NCBI GenBank assembly: GCA_046759785.1
Contig: JBHICW010000001.1
Coordinates: 1 to 39,215, forward strand
DNA: 39,215 bases
Direction of reading: 5' to 3'
From: Alphaproteobacteria bacterium
GTDB taxonomy: Bacteria; Pseudomonadota; Alphaproteobacteria; JBHICW01
The translations under genes were made by a program, and so were the position numbers. Under the pieces are notes generated by a model. The model was not told where the DNA came from. It saw nothing but the letters and a program-made list of their open reading frames with translations, and searched no databases. Shown piece by piece: positions 28,030 through 36,587 of the stretch (within the stretch, counting starts at the first letter, position 1; each line of letters starts with the position of its first letter).

Positions 28030-28791
28030 TCACTCGGCGCTGACGCCGGGGACGGTCTTGCGCTCGACCTCGGTGGCCAGTGCCGCGGGCCCGATCGCCT
28101 CCTCGGGCGCCTCGCGGAGGTGCGGGCTGAGCCTGTACTCGACCCCCTTGAAGGCGCGGGTGATGACGACGGTCATGGCGAGATAGATGAGGGCGGCGGT
28201 GATGTAGAGCTCATAGGGCGCAAAGCTGCGGGCGACGATGACGCGGGTCGTGCCGAACAACTCCAAGAGCGTGATAACACCAGCCAGCGCACTGGCCTTG
28301 AGCATCAGGATGACTTCGTTAGAGTAGGCTGGGAGCGCCAGGCGGTACGCCTTCGGCAGGATTATGCGGCGAAACACCAAGAGCCGCGGCATGCCGCAGG
28401 CGCGCGCCGCCTCGACCTCGCCGACGGGGACCGCCTGGATCGCGCCGCGCAGGATCTCGGCCGTGTAGGCGGCGGTATTCAGGGTAAAGGCGATGATCGC
28501 GCACCAGTACGCCTCGCGGAAGATCGGCCAAAGGAAGCTTTCGCGAAGAAACTCGAACTGGCCGAGCCCGTAATAGGTGAGATAGATCTGCACCAGGAGC
28601 GGCGTGCCGCGGAAGTAGAAGATGTAAGCGTAAGCCGGCATCCACAGGACCGGGTTCCTGGACGCGCGCATGACCGCGAGCGGGATGGCCAGGCACATGC
28701 CGAGGACGAGCGAGACGACGACGAGCTCGATGGTCAGCACCGCGCCGCTGAGGAGCCGCGGCAGGCTGATCCCTATGAGCTCGAAGTCCAT
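28030..28791 (-). CDS. Polar amino-acid (His/Arg/Lys/opine type) ABC transporter permease, HisM/OccM-like
   Basis: 253 aa. Sequence YFRGTPLLVQIYLTYYGLGQF and EAA-loop EAARACGMPRLLVFRRIILPKA support the call. It is the last gene of a 4-gene transporter operon. Confidence 0.9.
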   Translation of the reverse strand: MDFELIGISLPRLLSGAVLTIELVVVSLVLGMCLAIPLAVMRASRNPVLWMPAYAYIFYFRGTPLLVQIYLTYYGLGQFEFLRESFLWPIFREAYWCAIIAFTLNTAAYTAEILRGAIQAVPVGEVEAARACGMPRLLVFRRIILPKAYRLALPAYSNEVILMLKASALAGVITLLELFGTTRVIVARSFAPYELYITAALIYLAMTVVITRAFKGVEYRLSPHLREAPEEAIGPAALATEVERKTVPGVSAE

Positions 28792-28794
28792 GGC

Positions 28795-29511
28795 CTACGC
28801 TTGCCTGACGCCGCGCCTAGCGTGGCGCTCGGCGGCCTGCAGCACGACCATCGATATCATCGTCAGGACGAGGTACATGAAGGCCGCCGCGATGAAGAAG
28901 GTGAACGGCTCGCGCATCGTGCCGCCGGCCTGCTTCGCGTTGAACATGAGCTCCGGCAGGTTGACCAGCGAGATGAGCGCCGTGTCCTTCAAGAGGACCA
29001 ACCAGATGTTGCCGAAACCGGGGAGCGCGAAGCGCCAGACCTGGGGCATCAGAATCCGGCGGAAGACCAGCCAACGGCTCATCCCGACGGCGTATGCCGC
29101 CTCGATCTGACCTCTGGGCACGGCGAGGATAGCGCCGCGGAAGACCTCGGTCGCGTAACCACCGAAGACGATGCCGAGCGCGAACACACCGGCGGCGAAG
29201 GGATCGATGTCAATGGCCTCCTCGGCTCCGAACAACAATTCAGCAAGTGCTATAAGCAACATGGTGCCGCCGTAGAACAGGATCATCAGGAGCACGAGCT
29301 CCGGTACGCCGCGAATGATCGTTGTGTAGGCATCGGCGATGGCGCGAAGGCCGCGCACCTTCGAGAGCTTCATCCCGGCCCCGATCAGCCCAAGGACCGT
29401 TCCGAACGCGACCGAGGCCAGCGCCACGAGGACTGTCAGCCTGGCGCCCTGCAGAAGATACAGGTCGTACCCGTGAAGAAATTCGCGAACATATCCGTAA
29501 AGGTCGGGCAC
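28795..29511 (-). CDS. Polar amino-acid ABC transporter permease, HisQ/OccQ-like
   Basis: 238 aa. Sequence IIRGVPELVLLMILFYGG and EAA-loop EAAYAVGMSRWLVFRRILMPQV support the call. There is a 3-nt gap to the next permease gene. Confidence 0.9.
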   Translation of the reverse strand: MPDLYGYVREFLHGYDLYLLQGARLTVLVALASVAFGTVLGLIGAGMKLSKVRGLRAIADAYTTIIRGVPELVLLMILFYGGTMLLIALAELLFGAEEAIDIDPFAAGVFALGIVFGGYATEVFRGAILAVPRGQIEAAYAVGMSRWLVFRRILMPQVWRFALPGFGNIWLVLLKDTALISLVNLPELMFNAKQAGGTMREPFTFFIAAAFMYLVLTMISMVVLQAAERHARRGVRQA

Positions 29512-29602
29512 GCCGCGGTTCTCCTGATCAGAAAGGAAAGCGCCACCGCCCGCAGAAACGGACGATGGCGCCTGGACTTAAGCCGTCAGCCGTTCATCGG
29601 CC

Positions 29603-30397
29603 CTAGTAAGGTTCGCCGTAGACGTTGAACTCGAAGTACTTGTCTTGGATCTTCTTGTACGTCCCGTCGGCGAGGATCTCGGCGAGCGCCTTGTTGAGCA
29701 TCTCGCGGAGGTCGTTGTCCTCTTTCCTGAGCGAAATGCCGGCGCCGATGCCGAACCACTTCGGATCGGTGAAGTCGGGGCCGACGAACTCGGCATCCTT
29801 ACCCGCCTCGGTCTTCAGGAAGCCTAAGCCCATCGCCACGCTGTCGGCCAGGAGAAGGTCGACGCGGCCGGCGAGGAAGTCGAGATAGGCGTCGTCCTGG
29901 GTACCGTAGGACTTGATGTCGACGATGTCGCCGTAGTTGTCGCGGACGAAGTTCTCGTGGATCGTCGCGCTCTGCACGCCGACCGACTTACCCTCCAGGC
30001 TCTCCCTGGTGATCTCGATACCCGAGCCCTTCTTACGCACGAACTTGGCCGGCGTATTATAGTACTTGTTGGTGAACGCGACTTTCTTCTTGCGCTCCTC
30101 GGTGATCGACATCGAGGCGATGATGCAGTCGTACTTCTTGGCCAAGAGCGCCGGGATGATGCCGTCCCAGTCCTGCTGCACCAGGTCGCACTCCACGCCC
30201 ATCTTGTCGCATAGCGCCGAGGCGATGTCGATGTCGAAGCCCTTGAGCGTGCCGTCGGGCTCGACCCAGCTGAACGGCGGGTAGGCACCCTCGACGCCGA
30301 CTCGCACCTTCGTCCATTCCTTGGCGTCGACGCTCGCGGCCACAAGCGCCAGGGCGGCCGCGGCAACGAGTGCGGTGGTCAGGTATTTGAGCTTCAC
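29603..30397 (-). CDS. Periplasmic Lys/Arg/Orn/His/opine-type substrate-binding protein
   Basis: 264 aa. Signal peptide is MKLKYLTTALVAAAALALVAASVDA. Sequence VRVGVEGAYPPFSWVEPDGTLKGFDIDIASALCDKMGVECDLVQQDWDGIIPALLAKKYDCIIASMSIT closely resembles the HisJ/ArgT/OccT family. GTG start with a GAGGAGG SD. Confidence 0.92.
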   Translation of the reverse strand: MKLKYLTTALVAAAALALVAASVDAKEWTKVRVGVEGAYPPFSWVEPDGTLKGFDIDIASALCDKMGVECDLVQQDWDGIIPALLAKKYDCIIASMSITEERKKKVAFTNKYYNTPAKFVRKKGSGIEITRESLEGKSVGVQSATIHENFVRDNYGDIVDIKSYGTQDDAYLDFLAGRVDLLLADSVAMGLGFLKTEAGKDAEFVGPDFTDPKWFGIGAGISLRKEDNDLREMLNKALAEILADGTYKKIQDKYFEFNVYGEPY

Positions 30398-30468
30398 GGT
30401 ATGCCTCCTCTTGTGTTTGGTGACGGACGATCAGGTTTTAACGTTGTGGGAACCCCGTCAAGCCTAAC

Positions 30469-31245
30469 CTAAAAGGTGCCGGCGGCGAGGAACTGCCGGC
30501 AGCGTTCGGACTTCGGGCTGTCGAACACCTGCTCGGGCGGGCCCTGCTCCTCGATCTTGCCTTCGTGTAGAAAGATCGCCTCCGACGACACTTCACGGGC
30601 GAACCCCATCTCGTGGGTGACGATGATCATGGTCCGCCCTTCCTCGGCGAGCTGGCGTATCACCCTCAGCACCTCCCCCACCAGCTCGGGGTCGAGGGCC
30701 GAGGTCGGCTCGTCGAACAGCAGCAGCTTGGGCCCCATCGCCAGCGCCCGGGCGATGGCCGCGCGCTGCTGCTGGCCGCCCGACAGGTGCGCGGGGTAGT
30801 GCTTGCGCTTCTCGGCGATGCCCACCTTCTCCAGCAACGCCTCGGCCTCGGCCGCCGCCTCGGCCTTCGGCTTTCTAAGCACGTGGACGGGCGCCTCGAT
30901 GACGTTCTCGAGAACGGTCATGTGCGTCCACAGGTTGAAGCTCTGGAACACCATGCCGATCTGGGTGCGGATGCGATCGACCTGCTTGCGGTCCTCGGGC
31001 ACGGTGTCGCCGCCGCGCGCGGGGCGCATCCTGATCAGCTCGCCGTCGACCCACACCCTGCCCGCATCGGGTATCTCCAAGAGGTTGATGCAGCGCAGGA
31101 ACGTGGTCTTGCCCGAGCCGCTGCTGCCCATCATGGCGATGACAGCGTGTTCGTGGGCGGTCAGCGAGACGCCCTTGAGCACCTCGAGTTTGCCGAAGCT
31201 CTTGTGCAGATCCTCGACCACGAGGGCGGGCGCCGCCTCGGCCAT
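30469..31245 (-). CDS. Polar amino-acid ABC transporter ATP-binding protein (HisP-like)
   Basis: 258 aa. Walker A is GSSGSGKTT, Q-loop is MVFQSFNLW, signature is LSGGQQQR, Walker B is LLLFDEPTSALD and H-loop is VTHEM. Confidence 0.94.
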   Translation of the reverse strand: MAEAAPALVVEDLHKSFGKLEVLKGVSLTAHEHAVIAMMGSSGSGKTTFLRCINLLEIPDAGRVWVDGELIRMRPARGGDTVPEDRKQVDRIRTQIGMVFQSFNLWTHMTVLENVIEAPVHVLRKPKAEAAAEAEALLEKVGIAEKRKHYPAHLSGGQQQRAAIARALAMGPKLLLFDEPTSALDPELVGEVLRVIRQLAEEGRTMIIVTHEMGFAREVSSEAIFLHEGKIEEQGPPEQVFDSPKSERCRQFLAAGTF

Positions 31246-31334
31246 GACTTCAGCCTCTCCGCAAGCCTGTCCTTGAGCCGGGCGTCATAAGACAAGGTTT
31301 GATTTTGGGATGCAAAGGGATTCCTCGCCGGCCC

Positions 31335-32093
31335 TCAGTGGACGTATGAGGCGCCGTTGACGTCGATCGTCGTTCCCGTGGCGTGGCGGGCTGCTCCGGA
31401 GGCTAAGAACGCGACGACGTTGGCGACGTCCTCGGGGTCGGCCATCGCGCCCAAGGGGATTTCGGCGACGACCGCCTCCTCGCCGTGGTCGCGGACGAAC
31501 GGGTCTGCCATTTCGGTCTTCACGAAACCGGGCGCGACGACGTAGGCGAGGACACCCTCGCGGGCGAACCCGCGCGCGATCGAGCGGGTGAGCGCGACGA
31601 GCCCGGCTTTGGACGCCGCATAATGCATATACTCCGGGTCGTCGCCGCGGAACGCCGCCCGGCTCGCGATGTTGACGATGATCCCGCCGCCTCGGGTCCG
31701 GTAATGCCGGATCGCCTCGCGGCAGAGGTCGGCCGCGGCGGTGAGGTTGACGCGGAGCGCCCGCGCCCAGACCCGGTGCCAGGCCGCGAGGTCGTCGTCG
31801 ACGCCCGCCGGCCCGTAGACCCCGGCGTTGTTGACAAGGACGTCCACGCGACCCTGCCAGGCCACGGCCGCGCGCCAGAGTTCCACGCCCGCGGACGCCG
31901 ACTCGAGATCGGCCGCTATGAGGTGACAGCGGTCGCGGCCGATATCGTCGGCAAGCGACTCCGCCCGCTCCCGGCTGCGCCCGTAGTGAAGGATCACATG
32001 GGCGCCGGCCCGCGCGACGGTACCGACCGTCACTGCGCCTATGCCCCGCGAGCCTCCCGTGATCAGCACGACCTTTTCCTTGAGATCCACCAT
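31335..32093 (-). CDS. Short-chain dehydrogenase/reductase (SDR) family oxidoreductase
   Basis: 252 aa. It has TGGSRGIG (TGxxxGxG), NNAG and the catalytic YAASKAG (YxxxK). GGGAGAAGGGAG SD. Substrate cannot be inferred from sequence inspection. Confidence 0.9.
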   Translation of the reverse strand: MVDLKEKVVLITGGSRGIGAVTVGTVARAGAHVILHYGRSRERAESLADDIGRDRCHLIAADLESASAGVELWRAAVAWQGRVDVLVNNAGVYGPAGVDDDLAAWHRVWARALRVNLTAAADLCREAIRHYRTRGGGIIVNIASRAAFRGDDPEYMHYAASKAGLVALTRSIARGFAREGVLAYVVAPGFVKTEMADPFVRDHGEEAVVAEIPLGAMADPEDVANVVAFLASGAARHATGTTIDVNGASYVH

Positions 32094-32529
32094 GCTCCCT
32101 TCTCCCGCGTACTAAACTCCCGGCCCCGCCGCCGGCGAAACGCGCTCCCCCGACGGCTGCTGCCACGACCCGCCGCGGCCGGGCAATCGGCGCCGGGGCC
32201 GCACTCCCTCAGAGAAGTGATCGGGAAGCAGGCCCAAGACCCGACGCACGCTCAGCCACGCGAGGTGCTGGGTTCGCGGGCCAAGGGGCGACGCCCTTCA
32301 CCCGCGCGATATCGTGCGCCTTGTGCTCAACGCTGAGACCGGGCGTGAGCAAAGAAGTCGGCGAGCCGCGGAAGGCTCCGCCCGCACCGGCGCCTCGCTC
32401 CGCAACCGGCCGGCCCCAAGCTGGTCGAGACTTTGGTCATTGCCGTGTGCCAGCCGGCCCGTGGCCCGCGGGGGCCATTCCCCGCTAGCCCCCTTCGCGG
32501 AGGGAAGGAGGGAGTTCGGCGAGTAAGGC

Positions 32530-33630
32530 TCAAGCGGCCCGTTCCAGGTCTTCGATCAGCGCGGCAAGGAAGCGTGCGGCCTCGCCCCCGGTGACGGCCC
32601 GGTGGTCGAAAGTGATCGACACCGGAAGCATCCGATGGACCATCGGCTTCCCCTCGACAGCCACCACCGTGGCGGAGACTCGCCCGGCGCCGACGATCGC
32701 CACCTGCGGCGGCACCACGACCAGCGAGGCAAAGCGACCGCCGATCGTCCCGAAGTTTGAGAGCGTGATCGTCTGTCCCCGCATCTCCTCCGGGGGCACG
32801 CGCCGGGCCTTGACGTCGGCCTTCATCCTGTCGAGACCCCGTCGCAAGTCCTCGGCACTCCGGTTGCCCACGTCGTGCATCACCGGCACGAAGAGGCCGT
32901 CCTCCGTGTCCACGGCGATCCCGAGGTCGATGCGCTGCAAGAGCCGTCGCCCGACCGCCCGGCTGTCGTACCAGGCATTGAGCGCCGGCTCGGCACGGCA
33001 ACCCGCCGCCACGGCGCGGATGAGCCGGACGGTGACGTCGGCGTCGGAAGGCCAATGGTCGATGTCGGCCTCGTCCGAGACGGTGGCAGGCACCGCCTCC
33101 ACATGGGCCTGGCTCATGTTGCGCGCCATCGCCCGGCGCACGCCCTTGAGCGGCTCCAGCGGGCCGGCCTCGGCCAGCAGCTTGGCAACCCGCTCGACGT
33201 CGGCGACGGTGATCAGCCCGTCGGGACCGCCGGGCTTAATCACCGTCAGGTCGACCCCACGCTTTTGCGCCAGCGCCCGGACCGCCGGCGTCGCCTTCAC
33301 CGCAACCGGGGCCGTTCCGGCGGGCACGGGGGATTCCTCGACCCGCTTCTCATCGGCGGCGATCTCGCCGACGACGGTGCCGGCGTCGACCGCCGCGCCC
33401 TCTTCGAACTCAACGAGAGGCGCGCCGATCTTCAGCACGTCGCCCGGCGCGGCGTGGAGCCCCGCGATCCGGCCGGCGCGGGGCGCCGGGATCTCGACGA
33501 CGGCCTTGTCGGTTTCCACCGAGACCAGCGGCTGGTCGGCATCCACCTGGTCGCCCACGCTGACATGCCAGGTGACGATCTCCGCCTCCTGGAGCCCCTC
33601 GCCCAGGTCCGGAAGGGTGAAGGTCTTCAT
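32530..33630 (-). CDS. Dihydrolipoamide acyltransferase (E2) of a 2-oxoacid dehydrogenase complex
   Basis: 366 aa. It has one lipoyl domain (LVSVETDKAVVEIPAP), a subunit-binding segment (ATPAVRALAQKRGVDL) and a catalytic domain ending ..SITFDHRAVTGGEAARFL. ATG 33630 is in ATGA overlap with the E1beta stop. Confidence 0.92.
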   Translation of the reverse strand: MKTFTLPDLGEGLQEAEIVTWHVSVGDQVDADQPLVSVETDKAVVEIPAPRAGRIAGLHAAPGDVLKIGAPLVEFEEGAAVDAGTVVGEIAADEKRVEESPVPAGTAPVAVKATPAVRALAQKRGVDLTVIKPGGPDGLITVADVERVAKLLAEAGPLEPLKGVRRAMARNMSQAHVEAVPATVSDEADIDHWPSDADVTVRLIRAVAAGCRAEPALNAWYDSRAVGRRLLQRIDLGIAVDTEDGLFVPVMHDVGNRSAEDLRRGLDRMKADVKARRVPPEEMRGQTITLSNFGTIGGRFASLVVVPPQVAIVGAGRVSATVVAVEGKPMVHRMLPVSITFDHRAVTGGEAARFLAALIEDLERAA

Positions 33631-34607
33631 GCGTAGGCAAGGGCCCGGTGGGCAGCGCCGAGAATGCGCTCCTCGCCGGGCATGTAGCGGTGCTCGAGCC
33701 GGGCGAGCGGCATGACCGTGTCGTACCCGGCCACCCTTTCGACCGGCGCCAGCAGACTCATCAGGCCTTCCTCCGCCAGCCGCGCCGCGACCTCGGCCCC
33801 GAAGCCGGCGGTGAGCGCCGCCTCATGGACGATCACTGAGCGCCCCGTCTTAGCCACGGAGTCCAGGATCGTGCGCGCGTCAAGAGGCTTGAGGGTGGCG
33901 ACGTCGATCACCTCCGCCGAGACGCCCTCCTTGGCCAAGGCTTCGGCAGCCGCCAGCGTCTCCTTGAGCATCGCCCCCCAGCTCACCAGGGTGATATCGG
34001 TGCCTTCGCGGAGCACAAAGCAAACGTCGAGCGGCAGCGCCGCGCCGTCGTCGGCGATCTCCTGCTTCACGGCCCGGTAGATTCGCTTCGGCTCCAGGAA
34101 GACCACCGGATCCGGGTCGCGGATCGCCGCCAGCAGCAGGCCGTAGGCGCGCGCCGGCGACGAGGGGATCACGACCCGCAGCCCGGGAACGTGGGCGAAC
34201 ATCGCCTCGGTGCTCTCGGAGTGGTGTTCGGGGGCGTGGATGCCGCCTCCGTAGGGCGCCCGGAGCACCATCGGGCAGGTGAGACGCCCCCGGGTGCGGG
34301 TCCTGAGCCGGGTGGCGTGGCTCACGACCTGGTCGACGATGGGATAGATGAACCCCATGAACTGGATCTCGGCCACGGGCCGGAGCCCCTGGGCCGCCAT
34401 GCCGACCGACATGCCCGCGATCAGGGTCTCGGCAAGCGGCGTATCCAGAATCCGGTCGGGACCGAACCGGTCCATGAGGCCCTCCGTCGCCCGGAAGACG
34501 CCGCCGTTGACTCCGACGTCCTCGCCGAGCACGACGACGTTTTCGTCATCCTCCATGGCGCGGGCGAGGGCCAGGTTGACCGCCCCGACCAGGGTGACTT
34601 CAGCCAT
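33627..34607 (-). CDS. 2-oxoacid dehydrogenase E1 component, beta subunit
   Basis: Lies in ORF 33627..34631. Start trimmed to ATG 34607 (MAEVTLVGAVNLALARAMEDDENVVVLGEDVGVNGGVFRATEGL..FGPDRILDTPLAE), a typical transketolase-like pyrimidine-binding N-terminus. It overlaps the E1alpha stop by 8 nt. Confidence 0.92.
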   Translation of the reverse strand: MAEVTLVGAVNLALARAMEDDENVVVLGEDVGVNGGVFRATEGLMDRFGPDRILDTPLAETLIAGMSVGMAAQGLRPVAEIQFMGFIYPIVDQVVSHATRLRTRTRGRLTCPMVLRAPYGGGIHAPEHHSESTEAMFAHVPGLRVVIPSSPARAYGLLLAAIRDPDPVVFLEPKRIYRAVKQEIADDGAALPLDVCFVLREGTDITLVSWGAMLKETLAAAEALAKEGVSAEVIDVATLKPLDARTILDSVAKTGRSVIVHEAALTAGFGAEVAARLAEEGLMSLLAPVERVAGYDTVMPLARLEHRYMPGEERILGAAHRALAYA

Positions 34608-35772
34608 CGCCGTCCTCGGCAGCCGCCGCACGCTGGCGGGCGAGCGACGCCGGCAGCTCGGCGTAGAGGTGGTCGAACATCGCTTCCGCGCCCTCCGCCG
34701 CCGTGGCCAGGTAGGTCGCCACCGCGGCCTCGATCCTCTGCGTGCATTCGGCTACGACGCGCTCCTCCGCCGCCTTGTCCCATGCGTCCTTGGCCGTGAG
34801 GTAGGCCCTGAGGCGGGTCAGCGGCTCCTCGGCCCAGGCGCGGCTCACCTCCTCGTCGTCGCGGTAGCGGCTCGCGTCGTCGGCCGTCGTATGATCGCCG
34901 AGGCGGTAGGTCAGCGCCTCGATGAGCCCCGGGCCCTTGCCCTCGCGTGCGCGCTCGATCGCCTGGCCCACCGCGTGGCGCACGGCGATCACGTCGTTCC
35001 CGTCCACCTGCTCGCCCTCGAAGCCCGCGGCGATGGCCTTCTGGGCGAGCGTCCGCGCCCCCGTCTGGTCCCGGCGCGGCACCGAGATCGCCCACTGGTT
35101 GTTGCTGACCACGAAGATCACGGGGAGCCGCCACACGCCCGCCAGGTTGATGGCCTCGTAGAAGTCGCCTTTCGAGGTGGCCCCGTCTCCGACCGCACAC
35201 ACGGCCACGCGCCGCTCGCGCCTGAGCTTGAAGGCGGTGGCGACGCCGACGGCATGGGGCGCGTGGCTCCCTACCGGGATGGAGATGGGGAAGTCGTGGC
35301 GAGGCTTGGCGAAGGCGCTCCCGCGCTCGTCGCCGCCCCAGTACAGCAGGAGCTCCTCGGGCTCGACGCCGCGCCACAGCTGCGCGGTCGTCTCGCGGTA
35401 GCTGGGCAGGAGCACGTCCGCCTCGGCCATGGCGCTGGCGAGCCCCACCCCGATCGCCTCCTGACCCAGACAAGAGGAGTACGTGCCAAGGCGCCCCGTG
35501 CGCTGCAGCGAGATCGCCTTGGTGTCGAACGCGCGGGCCAGCGTCATCGCGCGGTAAAGCTCGGTGAGCGTGGCGACGTCGCGCGCGAAGTCGGGAAGCG
35601 GCCCGACCGGTCGCCCAGAGGCGTCGAGGAAGCGCGTGAACCGGACCTCGAAGGCGGCGACGACCGGCTCAGCGTCCGCGGCGGCAGCATCGTCGGCAGA
35701 CCCACCTCCCCGCGCGGGCGAATGTTGGTCCTTGTGAGCGACTACCATCGCTGGGGCCCTTAGCTCAGGCAC
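34600..35772 (-). CDS. 2-oxoacid (branched-chain/pyruvate type) dehydrogenase E1 component, alpha subunit (TPP-dependent)
   Basis: The TPP-binding motif GDGATSKGDFYEAINLAGVWRLPVIFVVSNNQWAIS is present. Sequence LQRTGRLGTYSSCLGQEAIGVG also supports the call. The track start is GTG 35772. ATG 35748 (MVVAHKD..., AAGGG upstream) is an equally plausible start. Confidence 0.9.
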   Translation of the reverse strand: MPELRAPAMVVAHKDQHSPARGGGSADDAAAADAEPVVAAFEVRFTRFLDASGRPVGPLPDFARDVATLTELYRAMTLARAFDTKAISLQRTGRLGTYSSCLGQEAIGVGLASAMAEADVLLPSYRETTAQLWRGVEPEELLLYWGGDERGSAFAKPRHDFPISIPVGSHAPHAVGVATAFKLRRERRVAVCAVGDGATSKGDFYEAINLAGVWRLPVIFVVSNNQWAISVPRRDQTGARTLAQKAIAAGFEGEQVDGNDVIAVRHAVGQAIERAREGKGPGLIEALTYRLGDHTTADDASRYRDDEEVSRAWAEEPLTRLRAYLTAKDAWDKAAEERVVAECTQRIEAAVATYLATAAEGAEAMFDHLYAELPASLARQRAAAAEDGDG

Positions 35773-36054
35773 GCGCCCTGCGTGCCGACGCCCTCGAGGG
35801 GGTGTTTGGCGTCCTCTTCGCGGTCGCGTCCGACCTCTGGAAAACGGGCGATCCGGCGCCCGCCATCACGTCGGGAGCGCCGCGGCGGCGTTGCTGCGCC
35901 CGCCCGGCGCATGGACAAACGATCATATTGATTCCGGCGCTCCGACCCAAATATACTGCCCAACCTTAATATAGGATTACGACGTTGGGGTTTCGACGTC
36001 GATCCGCAGATTAGCACTGCTTGATGCGAAGATCGAGCAGGGAGGGACAGCGTC

Positions 36055-36540
36055 ATGGACTTCCGATTGACGGGGAGGCTGTGCAAGGCGGCACGCGCGC
36101 TCGCCGGCATGAACCAGGCCCAGCTCGCCAGGGCGGCCAACGTCGCCAAGCAGACCGTCGCCGACTTCGAGCGCGGGGCGCGAACGCCCTACCCCAATAA
36201 CCGCCGCGCCATCCAGCGGGCGCTGGAGGAAGCCGACGTCGTCTTCGTCACCGATGGCAAGGAGGGGCCGGGGGTGCGGCTGAGCAAACGCGGGCCCGCG
36301 ATCGCTGATCGATCGTCCCCGGGGAGGCGCAAGGGGGCGGATGGGAGCAAGGACCGGTCGCCGGCCTCACGTGCCCCGGCGCTCACCGACGCCGACGACT
36401 CCGCTCAGAGGTCGGGGGTGGCAAGCAAAGATATGGAGGCGATGCTGGGGGACCTAAGGCGGGTCCTCGACCGGTACGACCTGCCCAGCCCTTTGCAGGC
36501 GGAGCTCCTCGCCTTCCTCGCCGGCCGCGATAAGGCCTGA
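36055..36540 (+). CDS. XRE (Cro/C1-type) helix-turn-helix transcriptional regulator with disordered linker and small C-terminal domain
   Basis: 161 aa with a GGGAGGGA SD. The HTH is LAGMNQAQLARAANVAKQTVADFERGARTP. A Ser/Pro/Arg/Asp-rich low-complexity stretch follows, then a short helical tail (MEAMLGDLRRVLDRYDLPSPLQAELLAFL). Confidence 0.8.
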   Translation: MDFRLTGRLCKAARALAGMNQAQLARAANVAKQTVADFERGARTPYPNNRRAIQRALEEADVVFVTDGKEGPGVRLSKRGPAIADRSSPGRRKGADGSKDRSPASRAPALTDADDSAQRSGVASKDMEAMLGDLRRVLDRYDLPSPLQAELLAFLAGRDKA

Positions 36541-36587
36541 AGCGGCGGACCGCATATCGAACGCCCGGCTTCTTTACGCCGACGCCC

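Noticed and set aside
27913-29628. 571-aa plus-strand ORF
   Set aside because: It is antisense to the two HisM/HisQ-like permease genes. Its highly charged composition (D/E/R/H) is typical of a reverse-frame artefact, and it has no SD or known motifs.
30431-30468. TTGACG / GTTAAAAC promoter-like or CtrA-half-site-like (TTAAC) sequence in the ATPase-SBP spacer
   Set aside because: The spacer length between the hexamers is non-optimal (13-15 nt), and there is no second TTAA half-site at the N7 distance. The resemblance is too weak to call.
32327-33055. 242-aa minus-strand ORF that extends into the E2-SDR gap
   Set aside because: Most of it overlaps the E2 gene in another frame. Only the last roughly 65 codons lie in the gap, and they look like non-coding GC-rich translation.
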